32,000 nucleotides of DNA from Candidatus Electronema halotolerans (GCA_942493095.1 OW818675.1:1200001-1232000), one strand, 5' to 3'. Counted from the first letter of the stretch, positions 16,105 to 24,639 are shown. The notes: generated by a model from the letters alone, not told the origin. Program-made: numbers and translations.

Positions 16105-16525
16105 TTTGCGCATGGAAATGAGCGAGCCGGTTTTCCGCCTGAACTACCGGATCATTTACGGCGATACCGACGCAGGCGGCATTGTCTATTATGCCAACTA
16201 TCTCCGCTTCATGGAGCTGGGCCGCAACGAGCTGATGCGCAGTTTGTCCACGCCCTACAGCGAGCTGGAACAGGACGGCATCATCATTCCGGTGACAGAA
16301 TGCCATCTCCGCTACAAGGCTTCAGCTTATTACGATGACGTGATCAGCATTCACACCTGTCTGGCCGAGCTGACGCGCTGGTCCTGCCGCTTTCATTACC
16401 GGATCAGCTGCCCGCAGGGAGACAGGGAGCAGCTCTTGGTCAAGGGCTTCACCAAGCACGCTTGCATTGACCGGCAGGGCAGGCTGCTGCCCATGCCGGA
16501 AAAAGTCATGCGGCTCGCCGGATGA
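16097..16525 (+). CDS. YbgC/4HBT-family acyl-CoA thioesterase
   Basis: YRIIYGDTDAGGIVYYANYLRFMELGRNELMRSL is the hot-dog fold 4HBT signature with the catalytic Asp. ATG 16097 overlaps the upstream stop (ATGGCTGA). An alternative ATG exists at 16112. Confidence 0.8.
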   Translation: MADLRMEMSEPVFRLNYRIIYGDTDAGGIVYYANYLRFMELGRNELMRSLSTPYSELEQDGIIIPVTECHLRYKASAYYDDVISIHTCLAELTRWSCRFHYRISCPQGDREQLLVKGFTKHACIDRQGRLLPMPEKVMRLAG

Positions 16526-16571
16526 CAACTTCTCATCTTTTCACCCAACTTTACTTCTCAGGAGAAACGTC

Positions 16572-16913
16572 ATGGCTGACAACTGCATTTTCTGCAAAAT
16601 CATCCAAGGAGAAATCCCGGCTGCCAAGCTCTATGAGGATGATGAGCTGCTGGCCTTCCGGGACATCAGTCCAGAAGCACCGCTGCATTTTCTCGTGATT
16701 CCGAAAAAACACATCAGCGGGCCTGCGGCAGTGGCGGCTGAGGACGAGCGGCTGATCGGCAAAATGCTGCGCATCGGCAGCGAGACAGCCAAGAAGGAGG
16801 GGTTTGAGAACTTCCGGGTGGTCTTCAACAACGGTGCCCAGGCAGGACAGACCGTGTTCCATATTCACATGCACATCCTTGGCGGACGCGACCTGACCTG
16901 GCCTCCGGGCTGA
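16572..16913 (+). CDS. HIT-family (HinT-like) histidine triad nucleotide-binding protein
   Basis: ATG 16572 follows AGGAGAA. Motifs are CIFCKIIQGEIPA, AFRDISPEAPLHFLVIPKKH and the triad QTVFHIHMHILGG. Confidence 0.9.
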   Translation: MADNCIFCKIIQGEIPAAKLYEDDELLAFRDISPEAPLHFLVIPKKHISGPAAVAAEDERLIGKMLRIGSETAKKEGFENFRVVFNNGAQAGQTVFHIHMHILGGRDLTWPPG

Positions 16914-16931
16914 TCGCGCCTGCTGCGCAAC

Positions 16932-16952
16932 GCCCAAGGCCTTGTCTTGGGC
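16932..16952. terminator. Hairpin between convergent genes (possible bidirectional terminator, no U-tract)
   Basis: GCCCAAG-GCCTTGT-CTTGGGC lies between the HIT gene stop (16913) and the yciO-like stop (16966). Confidence 0.3.
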
Positions 16953-16965
16953 TGATTGACAGGCA

Positions 16966-17595
16966 TCACAGCCCGCCCCTCTCCAAAAAAGGCGCAGTGT
17001 CGCCCTTGCCTTCCCGCAGAATTTCCGGCTCCTCGTCAATTAAAGAGATGACTGTTGAAGGTTCAGGACTGATGGGGCCGCCATCAACAATCAGATCCAC
17101 CTGATTGCCGAAAAGCTCTTCCACGTAAAATGCGTCCGCAGGCGGATCGCAGTCTTCCCGCAACGCGCTGGTGTTGAGCATCGGATTGCCGAGCTGCTCA
17201 ATGATCGCCAAGCATATCTGCGAGTCAGGCACGCGGATGCCCACAGTTTTCTGCTTGGTCAGCATGATCTTGGGCACTACTTTGGAACCAGGCAGCACCA
17301 TGGTGTAAGGGCCGGGCAGATGCCGCCGCAGCAGCCGGTAGGCCCAGCTGCTGACATGAGCGTACTGGCTGATATCCTTGAGCGAGGAGCACATGAAGGA
17401 AAACGGCTTCTGTCGGGGCCGCTGCCGGATTTCATGCACCCGCTTCACCGCCTTCTGATTGAAGATGTCACAGCTGATGCCGTACATGGTGTCCGTGGGA
17501 CAGCAGATGACACCGCCTTTTTTCAGGACATCAGCAGCCATGCTGATCAGCCTTGGCTGAGGATTGATTGGATTTATTTCGAGATGTCTGGACAT
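16966..17595 (-). CDS. yciO: YrdC/Sua5-family protein, YciO-like subfamily
   Basis: ATG at 17595. INPINPQPRLISMAADVLKKGGVICCPTDTMYGISCDIFNQKAVKRVHEIRQRPRQKPFSFMCSSLKDISQY...LPGPYTMVL...TVGIRVPD...LGNPMLNTS...VDLIVDGG...STVISL...ILREGKGD tracks E. coli YciO along its whole length (recalled alignment). Confidence 0.8.
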   Translation of the reverse strand: MSRHLEINPINPQPRLISMAADVLKKGGVICCPTDTMYGISCDIFNQKAVKRVHEIRQRPRQKPFSFMCSSLKDISQYAHVSSWAYRLLRRHLPGPYTMVLPGSKVVPKIMLTKQKTVGIRVPDSQICLAIIEQLGNPMLNTSALREDCDPPADAFYVEELFGNQVDLIVDGGPISPEPSTVISLIDEEPEILREGKGDTAPFLERGGL

Positions 17596-17702
17596 GGAAA
17601 ACTTTGTCGGCTGAAATATGAAGCGCACTACAGTGCCATTGTACACAGAAACACCTTCAGCGGCAAGCGGCTCCCGGTCGAAAAAAATTGCCTGTTTCAG
17701 AC

Positions 17703-17731
17703 TTGTCGGCGCAGGTAAAATTTCTTATACT
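17703..17731 (+). promoter_or_regulatory. Candidate sigma70 promoter for the E2-like membrane protein gene
   Basis: TTGTCG (17703-17708), a 17-nt spacer and TATACT (17726-17731). The predicted transcription start is at about 17738, which would make ATG 17743 nearly leaderless. Confidence 0.4.
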
Positions 17732-17814
17732 ATTTTCACAGCATGTCACAGCCTCTCCGCTGTCGGGCTGCCTTGCGTCCGATTGGCGGGATACTTCTGC
17801 CTTTTCAGAACAAC

Positions 17815-20517
17815 ATGGCTTCACAAAAAGATCAGCGGAACAGTGAGTTCGATGAATTGCAGCAGACTCTCGCCCAGCATTCGCGCATCAGGATAACCCA
17901 GACTGAGGGCGAGCCGCCAGACTGCTATGAAATCGAATACAATCTGACCGGGCTGGTCAAAGCTGCGGACGGCAGCATCAGCAAGGCCTCCAAGCACCTC
18001 ATGCTGCTCACCCTGCCGTTTGGCTATCCTCACTTCCCGCCTGCCGTCAAGCCGCTCACCCCGATTTTCCATCCAGACATGGACCCGGACGCAGTCCGCA
18101 TCTCCTCCTACTGGCAGAACAGCCCCTCGTTGGCCAAGCTCGTTCTTCATCTTGGCGACATGATCTGCGGCAAAGAGTATGAGCTGGAGGAGCCGTTCAA
18201 TCAGGAGGCGGCAGACTGGTATGCCGCTCATGCTAAGGAGCTGCCCTGCGACACTGCTGCCGGAACAGGCGGTGCTGCGGATGATCTTGATCTTGACCTC
18301 GGCCTTGCTGATCTTGATGAGCCTGCGCATGCGCAGGAGATGGATATTTCCTCAGCCTTGGCTCCGGCCTTGGAAATTGAGGACATGACCGACTTGGAGC
18401 CTGTTGAAACAGACAGCGGCGCGGAACTGTCCTTTGAGCTGGAATCGCCGCAGCCGGTGGATGATCTTGCCGGTTTGACTGGCCAAGAAGAGGAGCATGC
18501 CAGTCAGGAAGAGGCGGAGGAAGAGGATTTCGGCTTGGAGCTTGAGCTTGACCTCGCGCCTGAGCCTGAACCGGCAGTGGAACAGCCGCCGCAGGACATT
18601 GGGCCGAAGCTGGAGGAAATCCGAGCTCATATACGCAGAAAAGAGATGGAGATTGCGGCCCGGCTGCTGGCCAGACTGCCTGCGCTCCCGGAGGTGGAGG
18701 ACCTTAGACTGCGGGTTCGGACGGCATTGGCGGAACGGGACGAGCTGCTGGCAGAACTGAAAGTTTTTGAGGATGACGACAACTTTGACGAAGCCAAGAA
18801 AGTTTTCAAGAAGATCAAGGCGGTTGCGGCTGACACCCCGGATCTGGCCGAAATAGGCCGTCGGCTGGAGCAGTCGCAAAACATGCTGGATGCCTTTTCC
18901 ATGCCCTCGCAGAAGGAAGCGGCGGCGGAAGATGAATTTGCTGCTGAGGAAGAGAGCATTCCGTCTCTGAAAAAGAAAAAAGAGAAAAGAACTGTCAAGG
19001 AGGCTCCGCCGCGCAAGGAAAGGCAGAAGCAGGCTGCGCCCAAGGAAAAAAAAGAAATTTCCACGGTCAAAAGGCAGATTGTCCGCACGGTGTACCGGGA
19101 GGTGCCAGTGGCTCCTTTTGCCATAGCCGCCGGGGTTGCAGCAGTGATTGTGGTCGTTGGCCTGGTTTACACCAGAGACACCAACAATCTGCTCAATGCC
19201 CAGCTGGCATGGCAGGACGCGCAGCAGCTTTTCCGGCAGCGTGAATGTCAGAAGGCAGATGCCAAAGCCAATGCCGCGCTTGCCATCTTGCAGACAGTAC
19301 TCACGCCTTTGCCTGCAAAAGGCAGCATGAGGAAAGAAATTGCCGAACTGACAGCAAGTGCGGAGTATCAGCTCTGCAAGGATGGAAAAGGACTCTACAA
19401 TGGAACGCCAATACTATTGCCTGAGTTGAAAAAACGGGTGGAGCTTGACAAGCGGCTTGCAGCAATAGAACATGCCTTGGAACAAGGCAATATCAGTCTA
19501 TCTGTTGAACTGCTTGAGAAGGCAGAAAAATATGCTATAGAAAATGGGCTGCGGCTGCCGGACAATTTTGAAGCATTGAAAAAACGTGTTTTTGAAACGC
19601 TTCTGAAAGATGCCCTCAATTGTGTTGAAGAGGCGCGGAAGCTGAAAGACTGGGAGACTGTGGAGAAATGCACCCGGCAAGGCTTGCAGGCGGCAAAGGA
19701 GCTGGGGGATAATGAGGTTGAAAGAAAATTCAAAGAAATTTTGGCTGAATCTCTTTTCAACAGTGAACTGCATCGATTCAAACAACTGTTTGCCGGGGCG
19801 CACGGACAATGGCAGCAGTGTCTTGAACAGCTCAAAACACTGGAAGCATTGCTCCAGAAGAATTCAGATGCAGCCACTCCTGAGAAAAAACTGGAGCTGG
19901 AGCAGCTCAAGGCTAACTGTCAGTTTTATCAATTTCTTTTTCTTGCCAACGAAGCCTACAGCAGCAAGGGAGACAGCGATGCGGCAGTAAGCCATTATGA
20001 ACAGGCCTTGAGCCTGCTCAACAGCAAGCAGCACCTGTTCACGGCTGCGGAACAGGCGACTGCCGAACAAATCAGAAGCACCATTCAGCGGATCAGAATC
20101 AGTGATTTGTGGAGCAAAGCCGCCGCAGAGGAGAAGGATGGCGATCTTTCTTCAGCCTTGAAGCATTACAGGGGAATAAAAGAGATGCTGCGGAGGCTTG
20201 ACCTGAATGACAAAGACGCAGACCTGCAACTCTTTGACAAGGAGATTGATTCAAGAATCAGCCGCTTGCAGCAGGTGTTGCGAGGACAGCGGAACAATGA
20301 CTGGCTGCAGAGGAATTACAAGAAAATTTTCTCAGATGCCTATCCATCGGCCCGAACTGAACTTCTTCACAGTCCGCAGCTTGACTTCATCAATATGATC
20401 AATGGGCAGGAGCACTACAAGGTCAGTTGCCGCGAGGGGCAGATGTACCGTTTTGAACTGCATTATCTGCACAACCCGGCGACTGGTCAGTGGACACCCT
20501 GCCCAAATTGTCAATGA
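17815..20517 (+). CDS. Large membrane protein: N-terminal E2/UEV-like (UBC-fold, no catalytic Cys) domain, acidic linker, coiled-coil, Lys-rich segment, one TM helix, and a roughly 440-aa helical (TPR-like) C-terminal region
   Basis: The E2 core pattern is HLMLLTLPFGYPHFPPAVKPLTPIFHPDMDPDAVRISSYWQNSPSLAKLVLHLGDMICG...EPFNQEAADWY. The acidic tract (D/E/L-rich) spans about 18250-18600. The TM helix VAPFAIAAGVAAVIVVVGLVY (about 19108-19173) is preceded by KKKKEKRTVKEAPPRKERQKQAAPKEKK. An alternative start at ATG 17743 would add 24 Arg/Cys-rich residues. Confidence 0.8.
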   Translation: MASQKDQRNSEFDELQQTLAQHSRIRITQTEGEPPDCYEIEYNLTGLVKAADGSISKASKHLMLLTLPFGYPHFPPAVKPLTPIFHPDMDPDAVRISSYWQNSPSLAKLVLHLGDMICGKEYELEEPFNQEAADWYAAHAKELPCDTAAGTGGAADDLDLDLGLADLDEPAHAQEMDISSALAPALEIEDMTDLEPVETDSGAELSFELESPQPVDDLAGLTGQEEEHASQEEAEEEDFGLELELDLAPEPEPAVEQPPQDIGPKLEEIRAHIRRKEMEIAARLLARLPALPEVEDLRLRVRTALAERDELLAELKVFEDDDNFDEAKKVFKKIKAVAADTPDLAEIGRRLEQSQNMLDAFSMPSQKEAAAEDEFAAEEESIPSLKKKKEKRTVKEAPPRKERQKQAAPKEKKEISTVKRQIVRTVYREVPVAPFAIAAGVAAVIVVVGLVYTRDTNNLLNAQLAWQDAQQLFRQRECQKADAKANAALAILQTVLTPLPAKGSMRKEIAELTASAEYQLCKDGKGLYNGTPILLPELKKRVELDKRLAAIEHALEQGNISLSVELLEKAEKYAIENGLRLPDNFEALKKRVFETLLKDALNCVEEARKLKDWETVEKCTRQGLQAAKELGDNEVERKFKEILAESLFNSELHRFKQLFAGAHGQWQQCLEQLKTLEALLQKNSDAATPEKKLELEQLKANCQFYQFLFLANEAYSSKGDSDAAVSHYEQALSLLNSKQHLFTAAEQATAEQIRSTIQRIRISDLWSKAAAEEKDGDLSSALKHYRGIKEMLRRLDLNDKDADLQLFDKEIDSRISRLQQVLRGQRNNDWLQRNYKKIFSDAYPSARTELLHSPQLDFINMINGQEHYKVSCREGQMYRFELHYLHNPATGQWTPCPNCQ

Positions 20518-20759
20518 TGGTGGTGATGCCCGCTGTTGTCGTGCCCTGGCGCGGCCAGCGGGCCGCCAGCCCGCTCCAAGGCCTCTTCCAGAGAGCGGTG
20601 CGCTGACTGAAGTGCTTCTGAGGCCCGGCGCAGCAGACCGGCAAGTTCCGGCGTTTCCGCAGTCAAGGTTTCGGCCCAGCGGAAGAATTCCGCGCCATGT
20701 CCCTGATTGTGCTCAATCCAATGCGGCAGCAGCACCCGCAGTTTATCCACATCCTTCAT
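20511..20759 (-). CDS. Small helical protein with a C-terminal His5 tail (putative metal / Ni-binding accessory protein)
   Basis: ATG at 20759 (the ORF-track start 20765 is TTG), with AAGGA 8 nt upstream. The protein is MKDVDKLRVLLPHWIEHNQGHGAEFFRWAE...GHDNSGHHHHH*. Its 3' end overlaps the convergent E2-like gene by 7 bp. Confidence 0.6.
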   Translation of the reverse strand: MKDVDKLRVLLPHWIEHNQGHGAEFFRWAETLTAETPELAGLLRRASEALQSAHRSLEEALERAGGPLAAPGHDNSGHHHHH

Positions 20760-20788
20760 TGTCAAATCCTTTGTGCAGTTTTCTTTTG

Positions 20789-20995
20789 TTATGATGCCGA
20801 TTGCCTGACCGCCAGCACCACTGAGCCGTCAAGAAAATCAATATTTCTGATCCATGCGTCAGGCACAGTCAAAGGCTCTTCAAAATAGGTGCTGAGAATC
20901 ACGCCCTCCGGGGTCACATTGACGCTGGTGACAGATTCCATCACGGTTTTCCTGCTGCCATCCTGCTGCTCCACGATTGCTTTGAGCTGACACAT
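20789..20995 (-). CDS. cooT: CooT-family-like nickel-binding protein
   Basis: ATG 20995 is preceded by GAGGAGAG and gives a 68-aa protein starting Met-Cys (MCQLKAIVEQQDGSRKTVMESVTSVNVTPEGVILSTYFEEPLTVPDAWIRNIDFLDGSVVLA). Its length, the Cys2 residue and the beta-strand pattern match Rhodospirillum CooT (recalled). Confidence 0.65.
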   Translation of the reverse strand: MCQLKAIVEQQDGSRKTVMESVTSVNVTPEGVILSTYFEEPLTVPDAWIRNIDFLDGSVVLAVRQSAS

Positions 20996-21015
20996 TGCTG
21001 CTCTCTCCTCACTGT

Positions 21016-21996
21016 TCAAATAAGAAAACGGAATTCCCCCTTGCCGAGCAGGTCATGCAGATGGAGGATGCCCAGCACAGCGCCTGCCTCATCGGTCACT
21101 GCCAAGACAGTGATGTCCTTGCTCTGCATCAGACTGAGGGCATCAGCCGCCATCATGTCCGGGCTGATGCGCACCGGTGTTTTGGTCATTACCGCTGCCG
21201 TGCCGCCGCCCGCCTGTAGCTGCCTGCTGATCAGGTGCCGCCGCAAGTCGCCGTCCGTGATGATGCCGGACAGCTTCTGCTCAGAAGAGACAACCAGCAC
21301 GGCCCCCAGATTCTTGCGGTTCAGTTCAGCAACCGCCTCCGCCAAGCTGGCTTCCTTCCTGATCAACGGCATCTTGTCGCCAGTGAGCATGACCTCCCGC
21401 ACTTCCACCTTTAAGCGTTCGCCCAAACTGCCGCCCGGATGATTGCGGCGGAAATCTTCAGCCCGGAAGCGGTGCCGCTTGAGCAGGGCCACGGCCAAGG
21501 CATCGCCAAGAGCGAGCGTGGCTGTGGTCGAGGCGGTCGGAGCCAGCCCCAGCGGGCAGGCTTCTTTGGGCACTGCAACCTTGAGCAGCACCTTGGCCTG
21601 CTCGGCCAAGGAAGAAGTCGGATTGCCGGTCATGAGGATCACGGGCAGCGACATGGCCTTGAGGCTGGAGAGCAGCCGGTGCAGCTCCGTGGTCTCACCG
21701 GAATAGGAGATTGCCAGCACCACATCCTTTGGCCCGACCATGCCAAGGTCGCCGTGCATGGCTTCGACCGGGTGAAGAAACAAGGACGGGGTGCCGGTGG
21801 AGTTGAAGGTGGCGGCCATTTTCTGTCCCACCAGCCCGGATTTGCCAATGCCGGTGATGATCAGGCGGTTGGGCGGACAGGCCATGATCAAATCAACGGC
21901 TTGGACAAACTCCTGGCCCAAGGCATCACGGACCGCATGAATGCCTTCGGCCTCAATGGTCAACACCTCGCGGGCCTGCTCAATGGCTGTCATCAT
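21016..21996 (-). CDS. kdsD: KpsF/GutQ-family arabinose-5-phosphate isomerase (SIS domain + CBS pair)
   Basis: SIS motifs are LIITGIGKSGLVGQKMAATFNSTGTPSLFLHP.EA.HGDLGMV and AISYSGETTEL. The C-terminal tandem CBS region is (VMLTGDKMPLI...LGAVLVV...LSGIITDGDLRR; ISPDMMAADAL...ITVLAVTD...VLGILHLHDLL). Its ATG overlaps the upstream stop (ATGA). Confidence 0.9.
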   Translation of the reverse strand: MMTAIEQAREVLTIEAEGIHAVRDALGQEFVQAVDLIMACPPNRLIITGIGKSGLVGQKMAATFNSTGTPSLFLHPVEAMHGDLGMVGPKDVVLAISYSGETTELHRLLSSLKAMSLPVILMTGNPTSSLAEQAKVLLKVAVPKEACPLGLAPTASTTATLALGDALAVALLKRHRFRAEDFRRNHPGGSLGERLKVEVREVMLTGDKMPLIRKEASLAEAVAELNRKNLGAVLVVSSEQKLSGIITDGDLRRHLISRQLQAGGGTAAVMTKTPVRISPDMMAADALSLMQSKDITVLAVTDEAGAVLGILHLHDLLGKGEFRFLI

Positions 21997-23009
21997 GATT
22001 CATCTCCCAAATCCAGAACAATCCGGCCCCGCGTCCGGCCTGCAAGCATGTCATCAATGGTCTGACTGAGCTGGGCAAGGCTGATGCGGCGGCTCAGGCA
22101 GGCAAGCGCATCGTGCAGCAAAGGATGCCACGGCCCGGCCAATTTGTCCCAAATTTCCTTGCGCCTGGCCAGCGGACATGCAGCAGAGTCAATGCCGAGC
22201 AAACTGATCCCGCGCAGAATAAAGGGATAGACCGTGACAGGCAGCTCGCCGGAAGCGGCATTGCCGCAGCAGGTGACTATGCCATTGTATTGCGTCGCTT
22301 TAATCGCCCCGGCCAGTATATCGCCGCCAACTGTATCGACAACTCCGGCCCAGCGTTCCCGAAGCAGAGCGGCTCCGGCCCGGCCCGCAGCCTGCTGCCG
22401 GTTCAAGACGGCAGCGCAGCCGAGCTGGCCGAGCAAGTCATGCTCGCTCTCCTTGCCAGTCACTGCGGTGACAGAAAAACCGAGCTTGGCTAAAAGAGCC
22501 GCCGCAATGGAACCAACTCCGCCCGTGGCGCCAGTGACAAGCACCGGCCCCTGCTCAGGGCGCAGGCCAAAAGCGAGCAGTTTATCCACACACTGGGCGG
22601 CAGTGAAACCGGCGGTGCCGATCTGCATGGTTGCAAGCAGGGAGAGCGGCTCCGGCTTGGCCAGCACCCAAGCCGCTGGCACCCGGATATATTGACCAAA
22701 GCCGCCGTGCGTGTTCATGCCAAGGTCATAACCCATGCAGAGGACTTCGTCGCCTTCCTTGAACTGCGGCGCGCTGGAAAATGCGACCAATCCTGCCGCA
22801 TCAATGCCGGGCGTGTGCGGATAGTTCTTGGTCACGCCCCGGTTGCCGCTGGCAGACAGGGCATCCTTGTAATTGAGCGAGGAGAACTGGACTCGGATCA
22901 ACACTTCGCCGGGCGGCAGGTCAGCAAGGCGGCGTTCCTCCACTGCCCGCTGGAACAAGCCGTCCTGCTCCCGCACCACAAATGCCTTAAATACAGTTTC
23001 GTTGTTCAT
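21993..23009 (-). CDS. YhdH/YhfP-type MDR-family NADPH:quinone / acrylyl-CoA reductase-like oxidoreductase
   Basis: VLIRVQFSSLNYKDALSASGNRGVTKNYPHTPGIDAAGLV together with VLVTGATGGVGSIAAALLAKLGFSVTAVTGK is the YhdH/AcuI-type pattern (no structural-zinc ligands). Confidence 0.85.
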   Translation of the reverse strand: MNNETVFKAFVVREQDGLFQRAVEERRLADLPPGEVLIRVQFSSLNYKDALSASGNRGVTKNYPHTPGIDAAGLVAFSSAPQFKEGDEVLCMGYDLGMNTHGGFGQYIRVPAAWVLAKPEPLSLLATMQIGTAGFTAAQCVDKLLAFGLRPEQGPVLVTGATGGVGSIAAALLAKLGFSVTAVTGKESEHDLLGQLGCAAVLNRQQAAGRAGAALLRERWAGVVDTVGGDILAGAIKATQYNGIVTCCGNAASGELPVTVYPFILRGISLLGIDSAACPLARRKEIWDKLAGPWHPLLHDALACLSRRISLAQLSQTIDDMLAGRTRGRIVLDLGDES

Positions 23010-23016
23010 GAAAAGC

Positions 23017-24639
23017 TCAAGTTGCAGGCAGCCAGCGCTGCAAGGTGGCAGTGAGCTGGTCCTTGTTGACAGGTTTGGTCAGATAGTCGTCCATGCCTGC
23101 GGCAAAGCATTTTTCCTGATCACCGGTCATGGCATTGGCGGTCATGGCAATGATCAGCCGGTGCCTGCCTTGCAAGCGCTGGCGCAACTGCTCCAGCAGA
23201 CCGGTCTCTATTTTGCCTGCCGCCTCCGAGTCCAAGTCCCCGTTCTCCTCGCAGGCGCGGATGATCCGGGTCAGGCTGTAGCCGTCCAAACGCGGCATCT
23301 GCACATCAGAAAGAATCAGATCAAAGCTGTCATCCTCCAGCAGCATCTGGAGGGCGGCCAAGCCGTCAAAGGCCTCTGTCACCTGATGCTCGAACTTTTC
23401 CAGCACCACCCGGAGCAGGAAGCGGTTGGCTGGATTGTCCTCCACCAGCAGGACGCGCAGCGGCTGGAGTGCGGCAGGATTTGGCATGGCATGCACGGCT
23501 GCTTTTGGCATCTCAGCAGTCCGGCCAAAGATGGCGGTGAAAGTGAAGGTTGATCCCTTGCCCTGCTCACTCTGCGCACTGATGTCGCCGTCCATCAGCT
23601 CGCAGAGCTGACGGCAGATGGCCAGGCCCAGCCCTGTGCCGCCGAATTTGCGCGACACCGAGCTGTCCTCCTGCGAAAAGGCGCTGAAAATCGTGCTGAT
23701 TTTATCAGCCCTGATGCCGATGCCCCGGTCAATGACTGAAACTTGCAGGGTGACAGTTTCCGGCCCGGCATCGGCCATGCTGACCTGAATGCGGATCGGC
23801 CCCTGCTGGGAGAATTTGATTGCATTGCTGAGTAAATTGAGGATGATCTGGCGGAAGCGGAGACTGTCGCCCTCCACTGCCTTGGGCACATCCTCGGCAA
23901 TGTCCATGAGGATGGCCAGCCCTTTTTCCTTGGAAAGAAAGGAAACCGTGCGGACTGCCGCCTCCACTGCCTCAGCCAGAAGAAAAGGATGTTCATCCAG
24001 CTCCAGCTGTCCGGCTTCAATTTTGGAGAAATCAAGAATGTCGTTGATCAGAGAAAGCAGGGAATCAGCCGACAGCTTGACGGTTTCAAGGTATTTGCGC
24101 TGCTGCGAGTCAGCCGCCTTTTCCAAGGCCAGATCGGTCATGCCGATGATCGCGCTCATGGGCGTGCGGATCTCATGGCTCATATTGGCGAGAAAGATCG
24201 ACTTGGACTGCGAGGCAGCCTCGGCCTTGAGGCGCGCATCTTGGAGCTGCTGCCGCATCCGCAGCAGTTCAATCTGGGTGCTGATCCGGGCGCGGACAAT
24301 CTCCAGCTTGAACGGTTTGGTGATGAAATCGACCGCCCCTGCGTCCAGCCCTTGCAGCTCGTCGCTTTCCTTGTCCAAGGCGCTGAGGAAGATGACCGGA
24401 ATATGCCTGGTGCGGCTGTCTGCTTTCAGACTGCGGCAGACCTCGTAGCCGTCCATGCCCGGCATCATGATGTCCAGCAGGATCAAATCAGGCTGAGGCG
24501 CCTGCGCGGCCAGCTCCAGGCCCTGCCTGCCGCCGGTGGCCACTCTGACAGTGTACTCCGGCGACATGGCCTCGCCAAGAAGCATCAAATTGTCAATGAT
24601 GTCATCAATGATGAGGAGGATGGGTTTTCTGTCGCTCAT
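23017..24639 (-). CDS. Hybrid sensor histidine kinase / response regulator (REC-HisKA-HATPase_c-REC) with no recognisable sensory input domain other than REC
   Basis: REC1 is ILLIIDDIIDN...LILLDIMMPGMDGYEVC...PVIFLSAL. The H-box is FLANMSHEIRTPMSAIIGM. The N, G1 and G2 boxes are LLSNAIKFS, DRGIGI and GGTGLGLAICRQL. REC2 is VLLVEDNPANR...LILSDVQMPRLDGY...IIAMTANAM...DDYLTKPV. Confidence 0.9.
   Translation of the reverse strand: MSDRKPILLIIDDIIDNLMLLGEAMSPEYTVRVATGGRQGLELAAQAPQPDLILLDIMMPGMDGYEVCRSLKADSRTRHIPVIFLSALDKESDELQGLDAGAVDFITKPFKLEIVRARISTQIELLRMRQQLQDARLKAEAASQSKSIFLANMSHEIRTPMSAIIGMTDLALEKAADSQQRKYLETVKLSADSLLSLINDILDFSKIEAGQLELDEHPFLLAEAVEAAVRTVSFLSKEKGLAILMDIAEDVPKAVEGDSLRFRQIILNLLSNAIKFSQQGPIRIQVSMADAGPETVTLQVSVIDRGIGIRADKISTIFSAFSQEDSSVSRKFGGTGLGLAICRQLCELMDGDISAQSEQGKGSTFTFTAIFGRTAEMPKAAVHAMPNPAALQPLRVLLVEDNPANRFLLRVVLEKFEHQVTEAFDGLAALQMLLEDDSFDLILSDVQMPRLDGYSLTRIIRACEENGDLDSEAAGKIETGLLEQLRQRLQGRHRLIIAMTANAMTGDQEKCFAAGMDDYLTKPVNKDQLTATLQRWLPAT

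Noticed and set aside
18070-18099. Calling the N-terminal domain of the 17815-20517 protein an active ubiquitin-conjugating enzyme
   Set aside because: The residue aligned with the catalytic Cys is Arg (…DAVRIS…). No other Cys lies in the loop after HPD. Only a non-catalytic UEV-like role is defensible.
20765-20765. ORF-track starts at 20765, 8355, 14210 (all TTG) and 9853 (GTG) taken as real initiation codons
   Set aside because: The track translates TTG and GTG as M. For 20765, 8355 and 9853 a nearby downstream ATG is the preferred start (20759, 8298 and 9859 respectively); an identifiable ribosome-binding site (AAGGA) is seen only for 20759. For 14210 the frame is part of the frameshifted IS630 transposase, whose DDE-part frame is open from about 14091.
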